A stretch of 32,000 bases of DNA, taken from Erysipelotrichaceae bacterium (lineage in GTDB: Bacteria > Bacillota_I > Bacilli_A > Erysipelotrichales > Erysipelotrichaceae). Location of the stretch: assembly GCA_963676105.1 (NCBI GenBank), contig OY781039.1:1800001-1832000 (forward strand), written 5' to 3'. Positions 25,626 to 32,000 of this stretch are shown piece by piece. Position 1 is the first letter of the stretch, and the number at the start of each line of letters is the position of its first letter. The notes beneath the pieces were generated by a model. It worked only from the letters and a program-made list of their open reading frames with translations. It made no database searches and was not told the origin of the DNA. Made by a program: the position numbers and the translations under genes.

Positions 25626-26667
25626 ATTTAAATCAATTTACACACAAATCGTAGTCACTTATGCTGGAATTTGGTGGTTTGTGACAATAATTACTTTAAA
25701 TCTTATTGGTCGATCAATTGGTAATAGTAGTTTAATTGTTCATAATGAAGTGCTTAATGAGGAAATATCACAATTTCGAATCATCGCAATTATCATCATA
25801 TTAATCAGTACAACGATCGGTACTTTAGCAATCTTGTATTTTTCAAGAAATATTGTTAAGCCAATTGTTGCTTTGTCCAAAGCAAGTCAAGAAGTTGAAA
25901 AAGGTAATTTTTCGATAAATGTAGACTATGATGGTAAAGATGAGTTAGCTGTTTTAAGTGAGAATTTCAATCGAATGGTGAAATCGGTTAAAGAGACAGA
26001 TGAATTACGTAAAGAATTTGTGACAAATGTTTCTCATGAGTTTAAAACACCTGTTACATCTATAAAAGGTTTTGCACAACTTATTAAGGAAGATCATAAG
26101 GATAAACAAACTCAAGAATATTGCCAGATTATTATTGATGAAAGTATGAAACTCAGTCATTTAGCAAGCGATTTATTACTCTTGTCACAATTGGATACAG
26201 AATTGAGTATGAATACTGAAGTTAATATTCGTTTAGACGAATGTATTAGAAGAGTTATCATTTCTAGAACACCTTTGTTGGATGAGAAAAATATTGAAAT
26301 TAAATTAAATATTGAAGAAGTGATTTATCCTATAAAAGAAATTTATGCTGAACAAATATTTGACAACTTAATAAGCAATGCGATTAAGTATTCAAATGAA
26401 AATTCAATGATCACTATAAGTTTGTTTAGTACTGATGATACGATTAAATTTATGGTAACTGATCAGGGAATTGGTATTGATAAAGAAAAGATAAACAGGA
26501 TATTTGATCGCTTTTATAAGGCCAATGATCATCGATCCATTGAAGGTCATGGTATTGGTTTAGCTATTGTAAAAACGATTGTTGATAAATACTATGGAAG
26601 TATCGACGTTAGTAGTAAATTAGGCGTGGGAAGCACTTTCACCATAAGTTTGCCTAAAAATATATAG
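25612..26667 (+). CDS. sensor histidine kinase with a very short extracellular loop (intramembrane-sensing type), HAMP, HisKA, HATPase
   Basis: Start taken at ATG 25612 (GGAAAAG SD, 14-nt overlap with the response regulator). Two TM helices are separated by ~25 aa. H-box VSHEFKTPVTSI, N-box ISNAIKYS, G-boxes DQGIGI and GIGLAIVK. Confidence 0.85.
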   Translation: MKRFKFKSIYTQIVVTYAGIWWFVTIITLNLIGRSIGNSSLIVHNEVLNEEISQFRIIAIIIILISTTIGTLAILYFSRNIVKPIVALSKASQEVEKGNFSINVDYDGKDELAVLSENFNRMVKSVKETDELRKEFVTNVSHEFKTPVTSIKGFAQLIKEDHKDKQTQEYCQIIIDESMKLSHLASDLLLLSQLDTELSMNTEVNIRLDECIRRVIISRTPLLDEKNIEIKLNIEEVIYPIKEIYAEQIFDNLISNAIKYSNENSMITISLFSTDDTIKFMVTDQGIGIDKEKINRIFDRFYKANDHRSIEGHGIGLAIVKTIVDKYYGSIDVSSKLGVGSTFTISLPKNI

Positions 26668-26671
26668 TCAA

Positions 26672-26706
26672 AAAAAGAGAAATTTATAATTAGAATTTCT
26701 CTTTTT
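26672..26706. terminator. bidirectional terminator between the convergent kinase and Sir2-like genes
   Basis: Perfect 13-bp stem: AAAAAGAGAAATT (26672-26684) pairs with AATTTCTCTTTTT (26694-26706). The loop is 9 nt. The A and T runs are part of the arms, so it could work in both directions. Confidence 0.75.
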
Positions 26707-27411
26707 CTATACAATATGAAGTTTATTAAATACAAGATCAGACTCTTCTTTAATATTTAAGACTGATAATAAATCGAACTGAGTAGACTTAGGATTTATC
26801 TGAATTAGTTTTGCGTTTTTATTCATAAATTCGAAATAACTACCATATGAACCCTTTGCGCCAATCACAATAACTAAATTAGCCTTTCTCATTAAGTCTA
26901 TGGCTAATTGATAATTCTTAGCGTGTAAGCCAATGCTTGAATAGACAGGGAAGGAAACAACTATACCATTACAAACATCACATCTTGGTGCTTTACCATG
27001 ATTCCAAATTTGAACATCATTAAATTCTTTCTTGCATTTAACACATTGGTTAATCGCATAGCTACCTTGAATCTCAGCTACATTTTGTGATCCAGCAAGT
27101 GAATGTAAACAATCAATGTTTGTTGTGATTATCCCTTTTATAAAAGATTTTTGTTCTAATTCAGCGAGCTTATAGTGAGTTAGAGTTGGTCCTGTTTTAA
27201 ACATTGCTCTTAGAAAAGTATTTTCTAATATCTTATAACTTCTTTCTGGTTGTAGTTTTACTAAACATTCTAATGCTGTTTGGGCTACTTCAATAAAATT
27301 CATGTGCTCCATGTCTTTTATTCCTGAAGAATTTGAAATGCCTGCACCTGTCACAACCACAGTGAATTTGCTGTTTCTAATAAATTCTTCTAATTTAGTT
27401 ATGTCGTTCAA
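26707..27411 (-). CDS. Sir2-family (sirtuin-like) protein with non-canonical active-site residues
   Basis: TTG start 3 nt after the upstream stop. Motifs GAGISNSSGI, TTNIDCLH and a CVKC...CDVC zinc ribbon. The canonical 'H-G' catalytic His position reads VAEIQGS, and 'DFR' reads DME. Confidence 0.7.
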   Translation of the reverse strand: MNDITKLEEFIRNSKFTVVVTGAGISNSSGIKDMEHMNFIEVAQTALECLVKLQPERSYKILENTFLRAMFKTGPTLTHYKLAELEQKSFIKGIITTNIDCLHSLAGSQNVAEIQGSYAINQCVKCKKEFNDVQIWNHGKAPRCDVCNGIVVSFPVYSSIGLHAKNYQLAIDLMRKANLVIVIGAKGSYGSYFEFMNKNAKLIQINPKSTQFDLLSVLNIKEESDLVFNKLHIV

Positions 27412-27414
27412 TGT

Positions 27415-28062
27415 TTACTCTTCATCAGGAACGGATGCCATTACAAGTTCCTTTTTGAATGTATTTTGATCATTTAATACTTGTATCATAACTTGTGCAA
27501 CATCAGCACGATTTGTTTTTGGTGAACCTGGCATTTTATAGCCCGTAGAAGCATCTTTGACAAGTGGATTTTCCATTTTAACTTCATTGAATAATGGACC
27601 AGGATGAACCGTTGTCCAATCTAGATTTGAGTTTGAAAACTGAACTTCACCAGCATAATGATCTTTAAAGTTTCCTTTGAGGAATGTACTTGCGCCAAAA
27701 CGATAAGGATAACTAGTATTTTTCAACGTATTTCCCACACCTAAGGCTGATAAACTTACAATTCGTTTGACGCTTGCTTTATTCATTGCCTTTATAACAT
27801 TTGGAACAACCCATTCAAACAATTTATCATTTCTCTTTGACATAGGATTTCCTAAAGACATGATTACAGCATCAATATTTTTAAGTGCTATAGAAAGACT
27901 TTCTATGTCATTTAACTCTCCTTTAATAATATCTAAGTTATTATGTGGCTCAATCTTTTCAGGTTGACGAGCATAAACCTTAACTTCATGTCCTGCTTCG
28001 AGACATTGTTTTAAAACTTCTTGACCTGTTCTACCAGTCGCTCCTATTAATAATAGTTTCAT
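27415..28062 (-). CDS. NAD(P)-binding NmrA/BVR-B-like atypical SDR
   Basis: AAAGGAG SD. Rossmann motif LLIGATGRTGQ. 215 aa. No obvious YxxxK catalytic pair was seen. Confidence 0.75.
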   Translation of the reverse strand: MKLLLIGATGRTGQEVLKQCLEAGHEVKVYARQPEKIEPHNNLDIIKGELNDIESLSIALKNIDAVIMSLGNPMSKRNDKLFEWVVPNVIKAMNKASVKRIVSLSALGVGNTLKNTSYPYRFGASTFLKGNFKDHYAGEVQFSNSNLDWTTVHPGPLFNEVKMENPLVKDASTGYKMPGSPKTNRADVAQVMIQVLNDQNTFKKELVMASVPDEE

Positions 28063-28087
28063 AGATAGTCTCCTTTATATGTTTATG

Positions 28088-28104
28088 TAATAGATCAACT
28101 ATTA
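28088..28104. promoter_or_regulatory. inverted repeat TAATAG-N5-CTATTA in the divergent SDR/TetR intergenic region; candidate operator
   Basis: 6-bp perfect arms. A TATAAT hexamer lies at 28123-28128. Confidence 0.3.
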
Positions 28105-28168
28105 TTTGTAGATTAAATTTAATATAATATTAAGTAAACTACAAAAAGAAACATACTGTTGCATTTTT

Positions 28169-28759
28169 ATGAGTAAATATACAAATAAGACAAATTTAAC
28201 AAAAAAACATATTGAACAAGCACTTTTAAACTTGTTAACTAAAGAAACAATGAATCGTATAAGCATGAGTCTAATTGCACAAGAAGCAAATGTGAATCGG
28301 GTGACTTTATATCGTCATTTTGATGATAAATGGGACATTCTAGAAAAAATAGAAAATGATTTTCTAGAACAACTTATAGAGCCCCATTATCAAATGAGAG
28401 TGCGATTACAAAATCCAACTTCTTCATTTTCTAATGTTCAATTATATGAATTAACTCAATTTTTAGAAGTGTTTCATCAAAATATAGAATTGCTTAGAAT
28501 TTTAATGAATAATGAAATGGATCGAAACTTTACAAATAAGATGCTTAGATTTCTTATAAAACTAGAACAACTATCCCATCCTTATTTAGATCTTAACATT
28601 TCGAACATCGACAAAGAGTTATTCTCATACTATACGATTTCGTCACTTATAGGTGTTATTCAATACTGGACAAAACATTCTCACTATTCTTCAGAAACCA
28701 TGGCTCGTTTTTTCTTTAAAATGCGAATTAATTCAGTAAAGGGGTTATCTGACAACTAA
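28169..28759 (+). CDS. TetR/AcrR-family transcriptional regulator
   Basis: HTH 'ISMSLIAQEANVNRVTLYRHF'. 196 aa. It lies upstream of the efflux genes. Confidence 0.85.
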   Translation: MSKYTNKTNLTKKHIEQALLNLLTKETMNRISMSLIAQEANVNRVTLYRHFDDKWDILEKIENDFLEQLIEPHYQMRVRLQNPTSSFSNVQLYELTQFLEVFHQNIELLRILMNNEMDRNFTNKMLRFLIKLEQLSHPYLDLNISNIDKELFSYYTISSLIGVIQYWTKHSHYSSETMARFFFKMRINSVKGLSDN

Positions 28760-28837
28760 ACTAACAAAAAGTTTGTTTTATTAATATTGTGTTCATATTC
28801 GTTTTATATACTCCAAATGTAAAAGGAGTATAACAAA

Positions 28838-30013
28838 ATGAAATCTAAAGTTATTAAAATTATTACAAGTATTAGTCTTATCGCAATTCTAGGGTATGGA
28901 GTGTATTATTTTTTCTTCACATCCTCAGATGAAGAAACAAGCATTAATACATCCAGCACTGAATTAAGACTTGAAACTATTCAAAAGAATGTAAGTGCAA
29001 CAGGAAACTTAGCTAGTGAGTCAAGTATAAACATAATGAATACCCTTAGCGAAGAATTTATTGAAGTGAATGTGCAAGTGGGAGATGTTGTTGAAAAAGG
29101 TGATGTGCTTGCAGTTGTAAGTACTGAAATGTTTAGTAAAGATGTTAATGCAGCTTATACCTCTTATATCAATTCAAAGACCTTATATGAGAAAAATTTA
29201 AATGATGCCTTTGAAACATTAGATGATGCTAAAAGAGATTATGTTGATGGTGGTACATACACAGGTACTTTAGAAGATGCAACTGATTATTACCGATTTG
29301 CTTATGATGATGCAGTGAATTGGAGTTTGATTGTACAAAATGCGCAGAAAGCCTATGACCAATTATATTATAATAATCCAACGATTAGTCTTAAATTGAA
29401 TTATGACAAATTACAAAATCAAAAAAATGATTCAAAGATTGTCGCAAGCTCGAGTGGAGTTATCACTTATGTAGGTGCATCAGTCGGTAATAGTACAACA
29501 GGTTTAGTTTTCACTATCGTGGATGAAGGGCGTCAAATTGTTGAAGCTAGTGTTGCGCCTTATGATGTGATTTATCTCGAGAAGAATCAAGAAGTTAGTA
29601 TCTATGTTCGTGATGTGAATATCAATCTGACTGGTACTATAACAAGTATTTCCCCAATCACAAATCAACAAGGGAATTATGATTTAACCATTGAAGTCAA
29701 TGAAACAAGTGAAAATACAAGACTTGGTATGGAAGTTAATTTAGAAGTATTGATCTTTGAAAAAGAAAATGTCTTTGTGACTCCACTAAGTTCCATTGTA
29801 GAAGAAAATGAAAAATACTATATCGTGGAATTTGATGAAACAAGTCAAGTTGCGACCTCAATAGAAGTGACTTTAGGCGTTGAGAATGATTACTATGCTG
29901 AAATTATTTCAAGTGAATTATATGAAGGGATGAATGTACTTACAGATCCTTTAAACACAATCGAAAACACAGAAATTAGTATTGGTGGTAATGGTCCGTT
30001 AGGCGGTAATTAA
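28838..30013 (+). CDS. HlyD/MacA-type membrane-fusion (periplasmic adaptor-like) protein
   Basis: AAAGGAG SD. N-terminal TM anchor. Lipoyl-like 'VQVGDVVEKGDVLAVV', a coiled-coil middle region and a beta-barrel C-terminus. Its position before the MacB-type ABC pair resembles yknXYZ. Confidence 0.75.
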   Translation: MKSKVIKIITSISLIAILGYGVYYFFFTSSDEETSINTSSTELRLETIQKNVSATGNLASESSINIMNTLSEEFIEVNVQVGDVVEKGDVLAVVSTEMFSKDVNAAYTSYINSKTLYEKNLNDAFETLDDAKRDYVDGGTYTGTLEDATDYYRFAYDDAVNWSLIVQNAQKAYDQLYYNNPTISLKLNYDKLQNQKNDSKIVASSSGVITYVGASVGNSTTGLVFTIVDEGRQIVEASVAPYDVIYLEKNQEVSIYVRDVNINLTGTITSISPITNQQGNYDLTIEVNETSENTRLGMEVNLEVLIFEKENVFVTPLSSIVEENEKYYIVEFDETSQVATSIEVTLGVENDYYAEIISSELYEGMNVLTDPLNTIENTEISIGGNGPLGGN

Positions 30014-30016
30014 GTC

Positions 30017-30724
30017 ATGACGAACAAACATTTAATCGAACTGAATTCAATTCATAAAAGCTATTATGTTGGCAAACCAAATGAATTAGAAATTCTTCAC
30101 GGTGTTGATTTAACTGTAAAAGAAGGGTCATTTGTCTCAATAGTTGGTCTTTCAGGATCTGGGAAATCAACATTAATGAATATTATTGGCGTTTTAGATA
30201 GACCAACAAAAGGAACTTATACACTTGATGACATCGATGTTCAGAGTATAAAAGATGAAGATCTATCAGCCATTAGGAATAAGAAAATTGGTTTTGTTTT
30301 CCAAAACTTTAATCTTATTCCAAGATTATCTGCCTTAAGAAATGTTGAACTACCAATGGCGTATGCGGGCATTCCTAAAAAAGATCGAAAAGAAAAAGCT
30401 TTAGAGCTTCTAGATATGGTAGGAATGAAAGAACGTTTTGATCATTTACCTAATGAACTTTCAGGTGGTGAAAAACAAAGAATCGCTATCGCACGTGCCA
30501 TGGCAACAAATCCATCTATCATTTTAGCTGATGAACCAACAGGATCACTTGATTCTCTTACAGGCCGCAAAATCATGGATATCTTTCATAAACTCCATAA
30601 AGAAGGAAATAAAACCATTGTCCTTATCACTCACAGTGTCGAACTAGCAGAAGAAGCTGAAAAAGTAATTACAATTAGTGATGGGAAAATAATGAGTGTA
30701 AGAAGAGGAGGATCTCAAAATTGA
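30017..30724 (+). CDS. ABC transporter ATP-binding protein (MacB/LolD type)
   Basis: Walker A GLSGSGKST, signature LSGGEKQR, Walker B ILADEPTGSLD. Confidence 0.92.
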   Translation: MTNKHLIELNSIHKSYYVGKPNELEILHGVDLTVKEGSFVSIVGLSGSGKSTLMNIIGVLDRPTKGTYTLDDIDVQSIKDEDLSAIRNKKIGFVFQNFNLIPRLSALRNVELPMAYAGIPKKDRKEKALELLDMVGMKERFDHLPNELSGGEKQRIAIARAMATNPSIILADEPTGSLDSLTGRKIMDIFHKLHKEGNKTIVLITHSVELAEEAEKVITISDGKIMSVRRGGSQN

Positions 30725-31989
30725 ACTGGTTTGAAAACATAGAATTAGCGTTTACGGGACTCTTCTTAAATAAAATGAGATCACTTCTAACGATGTTAGG
30801 AATCATTATCGGTATTGGTTCAGTAATCGCTATCTTTACTATAGGAAACTCATTTGAAGGTTATCTGTTATCAGAATTACAAGGGTTTGGTGCTTCTAAT
30901 ATTACCGTTGCGATCCGTGAAAAAGACTCTGATAATGCGATTAGAAATAATAGTTCAATGGATGCAGTAACAAGTGTAATGGTTGATGAAAATAGTTTAA
31001 TTACACAAGATATGATTGATCAATTAGAGCGAGAATATGAAAATGAAATAGCTGCTATTAGTTTGAGTCAAACAGTTGGTGTAGGCTATTCCAGCAACAA
31101 TCAAGAAAGTGTAAATGTCACAGTGATTGGCGGGAATAATGCATATTTATCCGTGAATGATGTTACTTTAATAGAAGGTAGATATTTCACTGATTATGAA
31201 TTAAATAATGCCAACAAAGTAGCGATTATTTCTGAAGATTATGTTGAAAATTTAAAGGTAAGTGGTTCTATCATTGGTGAAAACATTGAAGTTATCACAG
31301 GCGAAAGACTTAATACTTACACTGTAGTAGGCATTTATGAAAGTGAAGATACGTCAAGTTCCCTTTTAAGTCAAAGTGATGTTGCGTCTAATTTGTATAT
31401 TCCACTTAGTTTAGGACAAAAACAAAGTTCTTCGTATAATTTTCAGAATTTTATGGTATCAGTAAATTCTGATGTAAATGCAATAGAATTTGCGCAAGTC
31501 GTTAGTACGTTCATGAACAACTTTTACATAAAAAATCTAGACTATGAAATACAAGCCATTAGTTTGGATAGTGTCGTTGAAACAATGTCTGGTTTAATAG
31601 ATACATTGAAAATAGCGATAAGTGCAATTGCAGCATTAGCACTGCTAGTTGGTGGAATTGGTGTTATGAACATTATGTATGTTTCAATTACTGAACGTAC
31701 TAAAGAAATCGGTACTCGAAAAGCATTGGGTGCGACCAATGTTTCAATTCAAATGCAATTTATCACTGAGAGTGTTATCTTAACGCTTGTAGGTGGAGTG
31801 CTTGGGATTGTATTTGGACTTGTTTTAGGTCTAATAGGGTCTACTTTGCTTGGATTTCCAGGAGCCGCAAGTATCACAGACATTTTGTTAGCTGTGGGAA
31901 CATCAATGGTAATTGGCATATTCTTTGGTTATTATCCTTCAAATAAAGCAGCAAAGATGGATCCAATTGAAGCATTAAGATATGAATAA
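30721..31989 (+). CDS. ABC transporter permease, FtsX/MacB type (4 TM helices + large extracytoplasmic domain)
   Basis: TTG start in a TTGA overlap with the ATPase stop. N-terminal 'MRSLLTMLGIIIGIGSVIA'. FtsX C-terminal block 'ERTKEIGTRKALGA' and 'PSNKAAKMDPIEALRYE'. Confidence 0.9.
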   Translation: MNWFENIELAFTGLFLNKMRSLLTMLGIIIGIGSVIAIFTIGNSFEGYLLSELQGFGASNITVAIREKDSDNAIRNNSSMDAVTSVMVDENSLITQDMIDQLEREYENEIAAISLSQTVGVGYSSNNQESVNVTVIGGNNAYLSVNDVTLIEGRYFTDYELNNANKVAIISEDYVENLKVSGSIIGENIEVITGERLNTYTVVGIYESEDTSSSLLSQSDVASNLYIPLSLGQKQSSSYNFQNFMVSVNSDVNAIEFAQVVSTFMNNFYIKNLDYEIQAISLDSVVETMSGLIDTLKIAISAIAALALLVGGIGVMNIMYVSITERTKEIGTRKALGATNVSIQMQFITESVILTLVGGVLGIVFGLVLGLIGSTLLGFPGAASITDILLAVGTSMVIGIFFGYYPSNKAAKMDPIEALRYE

Positions 31990-32000
31990 TAATATATGAA

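Noticed and set aside
27767-27967. Plus-strand 66-aa ORF inside the SDR gene, and 31542..31739 (minus) inside the permease gene
   Set aside because: They are antisense to well-supported genes, have no SD and have hydrophobic mirror-image products typical of antisense frames.
21661-31989. Search for a direct repeat of the tRNA-Thr 3' end (attR) and for transposase/IS ends or CRISPR repeats
   Set aside because: None was found by eye, so no mobile element or CRISPR feature is called. A computational repeat search is needed to be sure.

Overview
This window looks like about 32 kb of chromosome from a low-GC Bacillota-type organism; I do not assign a taxon. The first ~7.5 kb is a complete, translationally coupled trpEGDCFBA operon. 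It sits behind a sigma-A-like promoter and a tryptophan T-box leader (UGG specifier, UGGC bulge, intrinsic terminator). A pRiA4b-ORF3-like gene lies at the left edge. A pepT plus DUF438/PAS operon converges on trpA.

The remainder is a mosaic of accessory and regulatory modules:
- An AT-rich cassette (9995-12727): an XRE-HTH/TPR (RRNPP-like) regulator, a divergent 19-codon hydrophobic mini-ORF with a strong SD, and an operon encoding a signal-peptide protein and two tandem CxxC-N19-21-CxxC membrane proteins.
- An overlapping WYL-regulator / degenerate DprA-like gene pair (12913-14761).
- A four-domain CoA-disulfide-reductase/rhodanese/TusA/DsrE fusion, followed by an OmpR/HisKA two-component system and then msrB, a SWIM-protein gene and maf.
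- tRNA-Thr(GGU), followed by a repeat-rich junction and a run of accessory genes. These are a TetR regulator, an alpha/beta hydrolase with an EFR1-type ferredoxin, a second two-component system with Pho-box-like tandem repeats, an atypical Sir2 protein with an NmrA-like partner, and a TetR-led HlyD/MacB-type ABC efflux set.

The best candidates for something undescribed are the RRNPP-like peptide-signalling cassette with its uncharacterised secreted output, the WYL/DprA-like pair, and the Sir2-like protein lacking the catalytic His. I saw no CRISPR array, transposase or intact integrase. All family assignments are by-eye motif recognition, not database searches.
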